64,000 nt of DNA from an uncultured delta proteobacterium. GTDB lineage: Bacteria; Myxococcota_A; Polyangia; Polyangiales; B10-G4. This document shows, piece by piece, positions 1 to 10,162 of this stretch. The position numbers and the translations under genes were made by a program. The notes under the pieces were generated by a model. It was given only the letters and a program-made list of their open reading frames with translations, ran no database searches and was not told the DNA's origin. How positions within the stretch are numbered: the first letter of the stretch is position 1; the number at the start of each line of letters is the position of its first letter. The stretch lies in assembly GCA_963727445.1 (NCBI GenBank), contig CAVSGI010000005.1, positions 1-64,000 on the forward strand, in the 5' to 3' direction.

Positions 1-513
1 AGCTGCGCCCGCTTCTGGTTGCGGTGCGCGAACGCCTCGATGCGACGTCGCCAAAGAGGCGCGTCCCACTTCTGGTGAAGATCGCGCCCGACCTCGCCGA
101 CGACGACGTGGACGCCGTGGCCGATTCTCGCGCTCGAGCTGGGCCTCGACGGGATCATCGCCACCAACACCACCATCTCCCGTGAAGGGCTCGAGACGAG
201 CGCACGAGAGGTGGAGCGCATCGGGGCCGGTGGGCTGTCGGGGGCGCCGCTTCGGGATCGCGCGCTCGAAGTCTTGAGGCGGCTCCGCCGACGCGCTGGG
301 GATCGCATCGTGCTCGTGGCGGTTGGCGGGATCGCCACCGTCGACGACGCGTGGCAGCGCATCGTCGCCGGCGCGACCCTCGTCCAGATCTACACCGCGT
401 TCATCTACGAGGGCCCTGGGCTGCCCGGGCGACTCGCGCGCGGTCTGGTCGCGCGTGCGCGCGCCGAAGGCTTCGAACGCGTAGCGGATGCCGTCGGCTC
501 GAAGGCCGAGTGA
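1..513 (+). CDS. pyrD: Quinone-dependent dihydroorotate dehydrogenase (C-terminal part, truncated by window; frameshift near ~125)
   Basis: Motifs [30 protein letters not shown] and [16 protein letters not shown]. Confidence 0.92.
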
Positions 514-516
514 GCG

Positions 517-1491
517 TCAGAGCCAGCCGCGCTTGCGAAAGAACCAGACGAAGGCGCCGGCGGTGAAGATCATCAGCGCCCAGGAGAAGATGTAGCCGTA
601 CTCCCAGTGGAGCTCCGGCATGTGATCGAAGTTCATGCCGTAGAGCCCCGTGATGAAGGTCAGCGGCAGCATGATGGTGCTGATGAGGGTGAGCACCTTC
701 ATGACCTCGTTCATCCGATTGGACTGCACACTCAGGAACGCGTCGAGAGAGGACGACACCAGGTCGCGATACGAATCGGTCAGATCGCTCACGCGGAGGA
801 AGTGGTCGTAGATGTCGCGATAGAAGGGCAGGGCGTCCTCGGGGATCCCCGGCGTGGTGCCGTTGGAGAGGCGCAGGAGCACGTCGGTCTGGTGGATGGC
901 GACGCGCCGGACGCGCTGGAGGGACCGCTTGAGATCGAAGATGCGCTCGAGGATCCCCTTGGGCTGAGTCTCCTCCACGATCCGGAGCTCGAGCTCGCCG
1001 ATCTCCTGATCGAACTGACCCATCAGGGGCAGATAGCGATCGACCTCGTGGTCGATGATGGCGTGTGCCAGAAAGGCGGAGGGCTGGTGCATGAGACGGG
1101 GATCGCGCCTGAGCCGCTTCTCGACGAAGTCCACGCTCGCCACTGCCCGATCGTGGTGGGTGAGGACGAAGCCCGGCGCGAGGATGACGTCGATCTCGAC
1201 CGTCTTGAGCTCGGTCGGCTCGTGCGCGTTCGGATCGATCCCGTGAACGATCAGGTAGTAGAAATCGTCGTGATCCTCGAGCTTGGGCTGGGCCTCACCG
1301 AGGATGTCTTCCACCAGGAGCGGGTGGAGGCCGAAGATCTCGGTCAGGACCTGCTCGTCCTCTTTGGTCGCGCCTTCGACGTCGACCCAGAGCAGCACGT
1401 CCGGATCGACGATCAGGTCGGGGAGCTCCTTCTCCGAGGGCTCGAGCAGCGTGGTGCTGCCCTTCCGACATGCGAAAGCGCGAGTGGTCAC
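517..1491 (-). CDS. corA: Magnesium/cobalt transporter CorA
   Basis: MNEVMKVLT...PLTFITGLYGMNF signature with two C-terminal TM helices. Confidence 0.95.
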   Translation of the reverse strand: MTTRAFACRKGSTTLLEPSEKELPDLIVDPDVLLWVDVEGATKEDEQVLTEIFGLHPLLVEDILGEAQPKLEDHDDFYYLIVHGIDPNAHEPTELKTVEIDVILAPGFVLTHHDRAVASVDFVEKRLRRDPRLMHQPSAFLAHAIIDHEVDRYLPLMGQFDQEIGELELRIVEETQPKGILERIFDLKRSLQRVRRVAIHQTDVLLRLSNGTTPGIPEDALPFYRDIYDHFLRVSDLTDSYRDLVSSSLDAFLSVQSNRMNEVMKVLTLISTIMLPLTFITGLYGMNFDHMPELHWEYGYIFSWALMIFTAGAFVWFFRKRGWL

Positions 1492-1521
1492 GCGCCGATC
1501 CTATCGGACGGCGCGCGAGGG

Positions 1522-2085
1522 TCAGAAATTCTGGAACTGACTAGGGTTCGGCGTGACCGAACCGCCGGTCGCGAGGGCGAAGATCAACAGACCGATGCCG
1601 ATGAGGAAGGCCAGGACCCCGAGGCCGATGCCGACGAAAGCCAGCTCCTTGCCCTTGTGCGTCTGCGGGTCCTGCTTGATCTGGTTCAAGGCGATGGCGC
1701 CACAGACGATCCCGCCGATGGGCAACGGGCTCGCGCAAGCGCCACAACAGCAGAGCAGGGGATAGCCGAGCCCCGAGAGCACGACGCTCACGATGGCGAG
1801 GACGTTCATCTTCGGGCCGCCCGGACCGGGCACCGCGCCACCTTGCGGCGGACCGAAGCCACCAGCCGAGGGCGGCTGTCCCGCGGGCGGCTGCCCGAAG
1901 CCGCCGCCCGAGGGAGGCGCCCCGCCCGGCGGCTGACCGAAACCGCCGCCGCCCGGAGGCTGACCCCCGCCCGGAGGCTGACCCCCGCCCGGAGGCTGAC
2001 CAAAACCACCCCCGCCCGGAGGCTGACCCCCGCCAGGGGGCTGACCGAATCCACCGCCGCCGGGTGGCTGTCCGTATCCGCTCAT
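1522..2085 (-). CDS. DUF4190-like membrane protein with Gly/Pro/Gln-rich N-terminus
   Basis: Start MSGYGQPP; GGGQPP repeats; then LAIVSVVL...GAIALNQIK...GKELAFVGIGLG. Confidence 0.75.
   Translation of the reverse strand: MSGYGQPPGGGGFGQPPGGGQPPGGGGFGQPPGGGQPPGGGQPPGGGGFGQPPGGAPPSGGGFGQPPAGQPPSAGGFGPPQGGAVPGPGGPKMNVLAIVSVVLSGLGYPLLCCCGACASPLPIGGIVCGAIALNQIKQDPQTHKGKELAFVGIGLGVLAFLIGIGLLIFALATGGSVTPNPSQFQNF
1860..2075 (-). repeat. Coding tandem repeat (GGGQPP/GGGFGQPP units, 18-bp core)
   Basis: Repeated cccgcccggaggctgacc units on + strand. Confidence 0.85.
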
Positions 2086-2116
2086 GAGGGGCGCGAGCAT
2101 AGGAGACCTCGGGTCC

Positions 2117-2950
2117 TCATGAAACCTCCTTCTCCGAAATCGCCGCCTGACATGCGGGGCAGAAGAAAGTCGAGCGGCCTCCCAGCAGCACTCGGTCGAT
2201 GGTCGCGCTGCACCGAGGGCATGCTTCGCCTTGGCGGCCATAGACCTGAAAGGGATTGTGGTCTCTTTCCTCGGTGACGTAAGTGATCTCCTCGTCTCCC
2301 GAGACAGCGAGTGTGTGAGCCAGCGTACCCGCGAGCCCTCGCGCGAGGCGGCCCCAGTCCCTCGGCGCGAGCGCGCCGGCGCGGGTGCTCGGATGGATCC
2401 GCGCCCGAAAGAGAGCCTCGGCGGCCTGGATGTTTCCGATCCCCGCGAGGCGATGCTGGTCCATGAGGGCGATCTTGATGGGGCGGGGTCCGGTGCCGAG
2501 CGCATCGCGAAGCGCGCGGCCGCTCGCTCCGATCGAGAGCGCATCCGGTCCCAGCCGGTCCCAGCCAACCCTTCGTCGCACCTCTGCTTCGCTGCCGGCC
2601 GTCGCCCCGCCGAAGAGGCGCGGGTCGCGAAAGAGGAGCCGGCCGTTGGAGGTCGAAAAGGCGAGTCGCACGTGAGAGGGCCCGCGTTCGCCGGGCGCGC
2701 GATGGACCAACTTGCCGGTCATGCCGAGGTGCAGCCAGAGCGCGCCGTCGCCTTCCAGATCCAAGAGGAGATGCTTGCCGAGGCGGCGCACGCCGAGCAC
2801 TTCGCGACCCGTCACTGCGCGGGCCAGTGCGCGTGCGCTCTGGTGGCGGACGATGCGCGGGTCGAAGGTTCGCGTTCGCTCGATCACCTGCCCGACGAGG
2901 CTCCGGCGCACGGTGCGCGCAGCGATCTCGACTTCGGGCAGCTCGGGCAC
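2117..2950 (-). CDS. mutM: Formamidopyrimidine-DNA glycosylase (Fpg/MutM)
   Basis: N-terminal MPELPEVE, HLGMTG, DPRLFG, GIGNI, C-terminal CPRC...CPACQ zinc finger. Confidence 0.95.
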   Translation of the reverse strand: MPELPEVEIAARTVRRSLVGQVIERTRTFDPRIVRHQSARALARAVTGREVLGVRRLGKHLLLDLEGDGALWLHLGMTGKLVHRAPGERGPSHVRLAFSTSNGRLLFRDPRLFGGATAGSEAEVRRRVGWDRLGPDALSIGASGRALRDALGTGPRPIKIALMDQHRLAGIGNIQAAEALFRARIHPSTRAGALAPRDWGRLARGLAGTLAHTLAVSGDEEITYVTEERDHNPFQVYGRQGEACPRCSATIDRVLLGGRSTFFCPACQAAISEKEVS

Positions 2951-2963
2951 TCGACTCCGGGGG

Positions 2964-4496
2964 TCAGCTCGGCAGCGGCTCGTCGCGCATCCGCCAGGCG
3001 ACGCGCGTCGCGACGCTCATGATCGCGATCTGCGGGTTCACGCCGAGGCTGGTGGGCAGGATGCTTCCGTCGGCGACGTAGAGGTGATCGACGTCCCACA
3101 CCTTGCCGCTGTGATCGGTCGCCCCCCGCCCTGCGTCCGCGCCCATCTGCGCGGTGCCGAGGGGATGCTGCGAGCCGCACTCGATGCGCCGGCCGGGGAT
3201 CTTCGCGAGGTCGAGCTTGCGGAAGCCGTCTGCGGACTGGCCGCGCATGCCGAGGACGGGCAGGTAGACCTCGACCGCCCCCGCCTCGAAGAAGGACTCG
3301 GCCATCGCCGTGAGCAGGACGGGGATCTTCGCCTTCTCCTCGCGCGTCATGCGGAAGGTCGCGAAGGGCTCGCGGCCGAAGCCGGGGTGGACGCGGCCGC
3401 CGCCGTGGTCGTGGATGATGCCGCCGTAGACGGCGAGGTGATCGACGCGCTTGGCGTTGTCGGTGTGCTCGCGCCCCACGCCCGGCATGGTCGCGGCGAG
3501 GACGCCCGGCGGGATGAAGAGAGAGGTGAGGGTGATGCCCTGGTCTTCGAGGCTGGTGCTGTAGGTGCTCTGCAAGGCGCCCCGCCACCCGCGGACCTTC
3601 TCCTCGAAGCGGGCGAACATGCGGAAGCCGGGATGCAGGGTCATGTTTCGACCCACGTGCTTTCGCGCGCCGATGCCACTCCTGAGCAGGAGCGTCGGCG
3701 TGTGCCACGCGCCGCACGCGACGACCACGCGCTTGGCGTGCACGACGAACGCGTCGCCGGGACGACCGCCCGGGCGGTTCAGGAGGCGCCCGCGTACGCC
3801 GACGGCGCTCCCGCCCCGGGTCACGACGCGGTCGACGCGGCAGTGCGAGTAGACGTCGGCGCCGGCGGCGACCGCCTTGGGGAGATAGCTGAGGTCGACG
3901 CTGAGCTTCGCCGCGTGGGGGCAGCCGAAGTTGCACCGGCCGCATCCCTGGCAGCCTTCGGTGTTGCGCCGCATGGGCTCCATCACGAGGCCGCGCTTGT
4001 CGGCGCCGATGCCGAAGAGCCGGGTGCTCTTGCTCTGCATCGACTCGGGGACGGTCTCGACGTGAATCGCCTTTTCGACGTGCTCGAAATAGCGCTCCAT
4101 CGACTTCGGGTCGTAGTCGGGCAGGGCGAGGTCGCGGCTCCACTCGTCCAGCACGTGCTCCGGGATGCGGAAGCAGACGCCGCCGGTGAGCATCGAGGAG
4201 CCGCCCACGCAGCGACCGATGTGCACCGAAACGGCGGGGGCGCCTCCCAGGCCGACCGCCACCGTCATCGCGCCGTCGCGCCAGATGTGGCGAAGCGACT
4301 CGCTCGGTCGCCACGCCCCGTACTCCGCGGAGGTGACGCGGGGGCCTTCCTCCAGAACCGCCACCGACTGTCCGGACTCGGCGAGCTCGCGAGCCACCAC
4401 CGCGCCTCCGGCGCCCGAGCCCACCACCACCACATCGCAGGAGACGTCGAAGGGGCCCCGGTGGTCGCGCATGCTCTGGTAGCTGCCGGCCGCCAT
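2964..4496 (-). CDS. GMC family oxidoreductase (flavoprotein)
   Basis: DVVVVGSGAGG FAD motif, VGGSSML, CQGCGRCNFGC, HPLGTAQMG, PTSLGVNPQ; start MAAGSYQ at 4496. Confidence 0.9.
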   Translation of the reverse strand: MAAGSYQSMRDHRGPFDVSCDVVVVGSGAGGAVVARELAESGQSVAVLEEGPRVTSAEYGAWRPSESLRHIWRDGAMTVAVGLGGAPAVSVHIGRCVGGSSMLTGGVCFRIPEHVLDEWSRDLALPDYDPKSMERYFEHVEKAIHVETVPESMQSKSTRLFGIGADKRGLVMEPMRRNTEGCQGCGRCNFGCPHAAKLSVDLSYLPKAVAAGADVYSHCRVDRVVTRGGSAVGVRGRLLNRPGGRPGDAFVVHAKRVVVACGAWHTPTLLLRSGIGARKHVGRNMTLHPGFRMFARFEEKVRGWRGALQSTYSTSLEDQGITLTSLFIPPGVLAATMPGVGREHTDNAKRVDHLAVYGGIIHDHGGGRVHPGFGREPFATFRMTREEKAKIPVLLTAMAESFFEAGAVEVYLPVLGMRGQSADGFRKLDLAKIPGRRIECGSQHPLGTAQMGADAGRGATDHSGKVWDVDHLYVADGSILPTSLGVNPQIAIMSVATRVAWRMRDEPLPS

Positions 4497-4996
4497 CAGT
4501 CGACGCTCGCTTCCGCGGCCGAGGCTCGTGACTCGTCTCGTGTCGCCGCGTGCTCGCCCGTGAGGCAGCTTCCGTCGTAGCCGATCATCCGCGCGGCGTC
4601 GGGATGCTCGTAGTAGACGATGCAGAGGATGGCCTTGGCGCCGAAGACGGCGAGGCCGAAGGGGCTTCGCTCCATCCGCTCGAGGCCGCGGCTCCGGCTC
4701 TCGCTCGACAGGAAGCGATAGGGCAGGAAGCGGAAGATCAGGAGCGGCGCGATCAGGCTCACGGCAAAGAGGCAGAGGCGGAACACGAGCTTCCCGCGGG
4801 TGCCGGTGAGCGCCATGAAGTCGTCGATGTCCTCGATGAGCCAGTCGAGGCGCTCGGCGGGCGGGGGGCCCTCGGAGGTCGTGAAGAGCGCTTCGGCGAG
4901 CGCGCGCGCGGTGCCCTTGGCGGCGCCGCCGAGCCCTTTGCGGCCCGTCACCCGGTCTTCGACCACCACCCGGTCGGCCCTGAGGAGCCCTGACAT
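4496..4996 (-). CDS. Hypothetical protein, probable small partner of the GMC oxidoreductase (gluconate-2-DH subunit 3-like)
   Basis: Stop/start overlap with the GMC gene; C-terminal YYEHP...IGYDG pattern typical of such partners. Confidence 0.55.
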   Translation of the reverse strand: MSGLLRADRVVVEDRVTGRKGLGGAAKGTARALAEALFTTSEGPPPAERLDWLIEDIDDFMALTGTRGKLVFRLCLFAVSLIAPLLIFRFLPYRFLSSESRSRGLERMERSPFGLAVFGAKAILCIVYYEHPDAARMIGYDGSCLTGEHAATRDESRASAAEASVD

Positions 4997-5055
4997 CGCG
5001 GCGGATGATGCCACAGGCGACCGCCGTCGAGTCTCGGGTTATCGTGCGCCCCAAG

Positions 5056-6231
5056 GTGACCGACCAGATCACGAAGAGCCGCCCCCTGGCTGCCCTGCGG
5101 GCGATGATCGACGCCATCGATCGCGACGTGCTCATGCTCTTCGCGCGGCGGATGGCGATCGTCGGCGAGGTGGCGGGGTTCAAGCGCGAGAACCTGAAGC
5201 GCATTCGGGACCTGACCCGGGAACGGCAGGTGCTCGCCGACCGGACGAAGCGCGCCGAGCGGCTGGGGCTGCCCGGCGGCACCATCGAGTCCATCTTCCG
5301 CCTGGTGCTGGTGGCGAGCCGCGATTACCAGGCCTCGCTCCGCGCCGAGCTCCCGCTCGAGATCGAGCAGCGCACCGTGGCGATAATCGGCGGCCGGGGC
5401 GGCATGGGGCAGAGGCTCGCCGAGATGTTCGGCGACCTGGGTCACGCGGTGATGGTGACCGACGTCGGCACCCAGCTCACCAACGTCGAAGCCGCGAAGG
5501 CCGCGGACGTCGTGGTGGTCAGCGTGCCGATCGCGAAGGCCGAGGAGGTGATCCGCGAGGTGGGTCCCCAGATGCGTCCGGACGCGCTCTTGATGGACGT
5601 GACCAGCGTCAAGACCGGACCGATGAAGGCCATGCTGGAGGCGACGCAGGCCAGCGTCGTCGGAACGCACCCCATGTTCGGCCCAGGCGTCCACTCCCTC
5701 AGCGGCCAGCGCGTGGTGATGGTCGAGGGGCGCGGAGACGAGTGGTACGCGTGGGTGAAGTCGATGCTCGAGGCGCGCGGGCTGGTGATCACCGAGACCA
5801 CCGCCGAACGCCACGACGAGGCGATGGCCATCGTCCAGGTGCTGAACCACTTTCACACCCAGGTGCTCGGCGTCGCGCTCGCGCGGATGGGCACGCCCCT
5901 CGAGGAGACGTTGCAGTTCACCTCGCCGGCCTATCTGCTGGAGATGTACGTGACGGCCCGCCACTTCGCGCAGGCGTCCTCGCTCTACGCCGAGATCGAG
6001 ATGCGCAATCCGAAGAACCGCGAGGTGATGAAGGCCTTCTCGGACGCGGCCGCCGAGCTCGCCGAGATCGTCGCCACCGAGGACCGCGAGCGCTTCGACG
6101 GCGTCTTTCGCGAGGTTCGCGGCTACTTCGGCGAGTTCACCGAAGAAGCCCTCGACCAGAGCCGCTTCCTCATCGACCGGCTGATCGAGCTCACCGCGGG
6201 TCGAAGCGGCGCGGGCGCCACCGGCGACTGA
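5056..6231 (+). CDS. tyrA: Bifunctional chorismate mutase / prephenate dehydrogenase
   Basis: LRAMIDAIDRDVL AroQ domain, then IIGGRGGMG, DVTSVK, HPMFGP, HDEAMA; exact start uncertain (5005 or GTG 5056). Confidence 0.92.
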   Translation: MTDQITKSRPLAALRAMIDAIDRDVLMLFARRMAIVGEVAGFKRENLKRIRDLTRERQVLADRTKRAERLGLPGGTIESIFRLVLVASRDYQASLRAELPLEIEQRTVAIIGGRGGMGQRLAEMFGDLGHAVMVTDVGTQLTNVEAAKAADVVVVSVPIAKAEEVIREVGPQMRPDALLMDVTSVKTGPMKAMLEATQASVVGTHPMFGPGVHSLSGQRVVMVEGRGDEWYAWVKSMLEARGLVITETTAERHDEAMAIVQVLNHFHTQVLGVALARMGTPLEETLQFTSPAYLLEMYVTARHFAQASSLYAEIEMRNPKNREVMKAFSDAAAELAEIVATEDRERFDGVFREVRGYFGEFTEEALDQSRFLIDRLIELTAGRSGAGATGD

Positions 6232-6248
6232 AAAGCGCGGGCGGGAAA

Positions 6249-6307
6249 TTGACTCGGCCCACGAACGTATCTACAAATTGAACGTGTTCAATGTTGAACA
6301 CGTTCAG
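6249..6307 (+). promoter_or_regulatory. Sigma70-type promoter followed by a double palindromic operator
   Basis: TTGACT (6249)-17 bp-TACAAA, then TTGAACGTGTTCAA-tg-TTGAACACGTTCAG (perfect 13-bp inverted repeat); AGAAAGGA RBS before ATG 6321. Confidence 0.75.
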
Positions 6308-6320
6308 AAAGGATACGAAA

Positions 6321-6719
6321 ATGGCAATCGTTTACGCGGTTTATGCGCTCTTGTCGTTGGGGCTGACAGTCTTTCTGGCCCGGACCCTGGCGGGCAACGG
6401 AGCGATCCTCCTGCGCGACGTCTTTTCGACGAATCCCGAGCTGGGCCAGGCGGTGAACAAGCTGCTGGTGGTCGGCTTCTACCTGGTCAACCTCGGCTAC
6501 GCCTGCTTGCTGATGGAGGGCGGCTACGCCGGCACCCTCACCGCGGCGATCGAGACGCTCGCCACGAAGATGGGCTGGCTGCTCTTGAGCCTCGCCTTCA
6601 TGCACTTCGCCAACCTCTTCATCTTCCACCGCATCCGCCGGCGGTTGCGCCTCAGGAGCGAGCCGCCTCCCATCGCGCCCCACGGCCGCGCGCCGGTCAC
6701 CTCCCCGGTGGCTGCCTGA
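6321..6719 (+). CDS. Conserved hypothetical integral membrane protein
   Basis: Three hydrophobic helices; AVNKLLVVGFYLVNLG motif; good RBS. Confidence 0.75.
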   Translation: MAIVYAVYALLSLGLTVFLARTLAGNGAILLRDVFSTNPELGQAVNKLLVVGFYLVNLGYACLLMEGGYAGTLTAAIETLATKMGWLLLSLAFMHFANLFIFHRIRRRLRLRSEPPPIAPHGRAPVTSPVAA

Positions 6720-6720
6720 G

Positions 6721-7134
6721 ATGGCGCTCACCATCGTCTACGACGCGGGCTGTCCCTTCTGCCAGCGCTGTCGCGCGTGGGTGGAGGGGCAGCTGGCGAT
6801 CGTGCCCTGTCGCTTCGTGCCGCTGACCTCGGCGCGTGCTCGGTCGCTCATGGGCGGCCGGATCCCCGGGGACGGACGGGAGCTGGTGGTGGTCGCGGAC
6901 GACGGTGCGTTCTGGGCCGGCTCTGACGCCTTCCTGATGGTGCTCTGGGCGCTGGAGGACTACCGGGGCTTCGCGTCGCTCCTGAGCGCTCGTCCCGTGC
7001 GTCCCTTCGCCGAGCTCTTCTTCGGCGTCGTCTCTTCGTCGCGGCCGCTGCTCTCGTCGATCTTCGGTGGCGGCGCGCGCTGCGAGGAAGGACACTGCGG
7101 CACCTCGAGCGTGGCCTCGAGTGCCTACCGCTGA
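6721..7134 (+). CDS. DCC1-like thiol-disulfide oxidoreductase (DUF393)
   Basis: VYDAGCPFC (DxxCxxC) motif. Confidence 0.85.
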   Translation: MALTIVYDAGCPFCQRCRAWVEGQLAIVPCRFVPLTSARARSLMGGRIPGDGRELVVVADDGAFWAGSDAFLMVLWALEDYRGFASLLSARPVRPFAELFFGVVSSSRPLLSSIFGGGARCEEGHCGTSSVASSAYR

Positions 7135-7137
7135 CGC

Positions 7138-7800
7138 ATGGCCCACCGATCCGACGGCGAGAAGAAGCGCGCGCTGATCTTCGATACGGCGCTCGCGCTC
7201 TTTCGAGAGAAGGGCTTCGACGAGACGACCATGCGCGACGTCGCCAAGCGCGCCGGCGTCTCCCTCGGATCGGCCTATCACTACTTCCCGTCGAAGTCGG
7301 CGATCGTGGTCGCGTACTACGACGCGCAGCAGGCGCAGCACGAGCGCCTGGCGCTCCGGGCCATCGAGCGGAGCGACGACCTGCGCGAGCGCCTCGGCAT
7401 CGCTTTTCAGACGAAGATCGAGGCCGTCCGAGGCGACCGTGCGCTCCTGGTCGCGGTCTCCCGGAGCCTCGCCGATCCGGCCGACCCCCTCTCGGCGTTC
7501 TCCGAACAGAGCGCGGAGGTGCGAGAGCGCGCCATCCGGGTCTTCGAAAAGGCGCTCGAGGTGCCGGTGATCGCCGAGGACAAGCGGCGCCTCCTCGCGC
7601 TCGTGCTCTGGGCGCTCCACCTCGCGAGCCTCGCCTATCTCGTGCGCGACGAATCGCGAGGGCAGAAAAAGACGCGGGCGCTCATCGACGGCGGCCTCGA
7701 CCTTCTGACGCCGCTGATCGCGATGAGTCAGCTGCCGACCTTCGAGCCTACCTGGGCGCGTCTCCGACAGATCCTCGCGGACGCGGAGATCATCCCGTAA
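7138..7800 (+). CDS. TetR family transcriptional regulator
   Basis: ALALFREKGFDETTMRDVAKRAGVSLGSAYHYFPSK HTH. Confidence 0.95.
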   Translation: MAHRSDGEKKRALIFDTALALFREKGFDETTMRDVAKRAGVSLGSAYHYFPSKSAIVVAYYDAQQAQHERLALRAIERSDDLRERLGIAFQTKIEAVRGDRALLVAVSRSLADPADPLSAFSEQSAEVRERAIRVFEKALEVPVIAEDKRRLLALVLWALHLASLAYLVRDESRGQKKTRALIDGGLDLLTPLIAMSQLPTFEPTWARLRQILADAEIIP

Positions 7801-8607
7801 AGGAGGTGAGCTCCGACGGGTCGTGGGCCGAGAAGACGCGCACCTCGTGGGCGTGCTCCCGCACCAGCGCACGGAGGCGCCGCTGGTTCCAACGGCGCTC
7901 GGCGTCGTTCATCGCCGCGATGCGCTGAAAGGCGCGCAGACCCGGTGGGCAGTGCGCGCCGCTCGGATCCATCTCGCCGTGGAAGAAGTAGGCGTCGCCG
8001 GCGTGCAGGAGCCAGCCGTCCTCGGCGTCCACGGCGACCGCTGCGTGACCGCGGCTGTGGCCGTGGAGGGGGACCAGGAGGAGCTCGGGGGCAACCCCAC
8101 GAGGTCGCGCACCGCCTCGAAGCCGAACCAGCGCTCGCCGTCGACGTCGTACAGCGCCCATTCGGGATCGTGCGCCCACTGCACGGTGCGATAGCGTTCG
8201 CGTTCGAGACCCCGCGGGTTGGCGGCGGCGTCCCGCTCCTTTCGCATGCAGTGGACCTTGGCGTCGGGGAAGTCGCCGAGCCCGCTCGCGTGATCGAGGT
8301 CGAGGTGCGTGAGCACGATGTGGCGAACGTCCGACGGCGAAAAGCCCAGGCGCTCCACCTGCCGCACGGCGGTCTCTTCCTGTGTCAGATGCGACGCGAG
8401 GAGATGGCGGATGGCGCCGAGCCGCTTCGGGTCTCGCACGTCCTCGGTGCCGAGGCCCGTGTCCACCAGCACCAGGCCATGCGCATCGGTCTCGATGAGC
8501 AGGCAATGACACACCATCAGCCCGCGCTCGAAGATGCCGCGGGTCGGGGTGATCAGCCGGCCGACGGGAGGGCACATGGTGCCGCAGTTGAGGTGGTGCA
8601 CGCGCAT
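7790..8607 (-). CDS. MBL-fold metallo-hydrolase (frameshift near ~8085)
   Basis: THLDLDHASG motif in one frame; GHSRGH, GDAYF and SAHD motifs in another frame. Confidence 0.88.
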
Positions 8608-8632
8608 CGCTTCGCGGGCACTATACGACGAC

Positions 8633-9325
8633 ATGTGCGGCCGCTACACGCTCAGTCTCTCGGTGGACGAGATCTGGGACGAGCTCGACCTGGACGGTGA
8701 GCCGGGCGCCGACGTGTGGTCCCAGGGGCCCGAGGAGAACCTCTCCGCGCGATACAACATCGCGCCGACGCAGGCCGTGCCGGTGGTGACCGACAAGAGC
8801 CCGAAGAAGCTGGTGATGCTTCGCTGGGGTCTGATCCCCTTCTGGGCCGACGACCCGAAGGTGGGCGCGCGGATGCTCAACGCGCGCGCCGAGAGCCTCG
8901 CGGACAAGCCCGCGTTTCGCGACCCCTACCGGAAGCGGCGCTGCCTGGTGCTCGCCGACGGCTTCTACGAGTGGAAGCGCGACGGCAAGACGAAGACGCC
9001 GATGTTCCTGCACGAGACGGGCGGCGGGCTCCTCACCTTCGCGGGGTTGTGGGCCTCCTGGCATTCCAAGGAAGATCCCGAGCGGCAGATCCTCAGCTGC
9101 ACCATCGTGACGACCAAAGCCGCGGGCATCGCCGCATCGATCCACGACCGCATGCCCGCCATCATCACGCCCGAGATGCGCGAGGTGTGGCTCGACCGAG
9201 GCCAGAGCACGGACGAGCTCGACGCGCTCCTGACGCCCCGCGACCCGGAGCTCGAGGCCTACGCCGTGCGCACCCTGGTCAACTCGGTGAAGAACGACGG
9301 GCCAGAGCTGATCGAACGGGCGTGA
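8633..9325 (+). CDS. SOS response-associated peptidase (SRAP/HMCES, abasic-site protection)
   Basis: MCGRY N-terminus, RYNIAPTQ, NARAE, GFYEW, HDRMP. Confidence 0.95.
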   Translation: MCGRYTLSLSVDEIWDELDLDGEPGADVWSQGPEENLSARYNIAPTQAVPVVTDKSPKKLVMLRWGLIPFWADDPKVGARMLNARAESLADKPAFRDPYRKRRCLVLADGFYEWKRDGKTKTPMFLHETGGGLLTFAGLWASWHSKEDPERQILSCTIVTTKAAGIAASIHDRMPAIITPEMREVWLDRGQSTDELDALLTPRDPELEAYAVRTLVNSVKNDGPELIERA

Positions 9326-9340
9326 CCGGAGCGGGCGCGT

Positions 9341-10162
9341 CTATCTGGGGACGCCGAGGACGTCGGCCATGTCGTAGCGGCCCGCTGGGCGACCGACGAT
9401 CCACTTGGCCGCCCGTACCGCGCCGCGGGCGAAGATGGCGCGGTCGGTCGCGCGGTGGGTGAGCTCGATGCGCTCGCCGGCGCCCACCAGAAAAAGTGTG
9501 TGCTCGCCGACCACGTCGCCGCCGCGCAGCGTCATCACGCCGATCTCGCGCTCGGGACGCATCCCGACGTGGCCGCTCCGCCCGTGCACGATCTCCTCTT
9601 CGGGATCGAGGCCTTTGGCCTCGGCCACCACCTCCGCCAGGCGCACCGCGGTACCGCTCGGCGCGTCGACCTTTCTCTTGTGGTGCATCTCGACGATCTC
9701 GGCGTCGAACTCCGGCCCGAGGAGCGCGGCGGCGCGGCTCGCCAGATGGAAGAGGAGGTTCACCCCGACGCTCATGTTCGGGGCGAAGACGACTGGAACC
9801 TTTTTCGCCGCATCGTCGAGCGCGGCGCGGGCAGCGTCGTCGAGACCCGTCGTCCCCACCACCGCCGGGACTCCACGCTCGGCGCACGCGGCGAGGAGCT
9901 TCGCGGTCGGCTCGGGGCGGGTGAAGTCGATCACCACGTCGGCGCTCTCGAGCCCCGCCGCGAGGTCGTGGGTGATGACGACGCCGTTCGGCTCACCTCG
10001 GAGGATCGCGCCGAGGTCCGCGCCGATCAGCGCGCTGCCCTCGTGCTCGAGGGCGCCGGTGACCCCGATGGTCTCGTCGTCCTCGAGAACGTCGACGATG
10101 GCGCGCCCCATGCGGCCGCCGACGCCGTGAATCGCGACGCGCACGTTCTGAGCTTCGCTCAC
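9341..10162 (-). CDS. dapB: 4-hydroxy-tetrahydrodipicolinate reductase
   Basis: [23 protein letters not shown]. Confidence 0.97.
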   Translation of the reverse strand: MSEAQNVRVAIHGVGGRMGRAIVDVLEDDETIGVTGALEHEGSALIGADLGAILRGEPNGVVITHDLAAGLESADVVIDFTRPEPTAKLLAACAERGVPAVVGTTGLDDAARAALDDAAKKVPVVFAPNMSVGVNLLFHLASRAAALLGPEFDAEIVEMHHKRKVDAPSGTAVRLAEVVAEAKGLDPEEEIVHGRSGHVGMRPEREIGVMTLRGGDVVGEHTLFLVGAGERIELTHRATDRAIFARGAVRAAKWIVGRPAGRYDMADVLGVPR

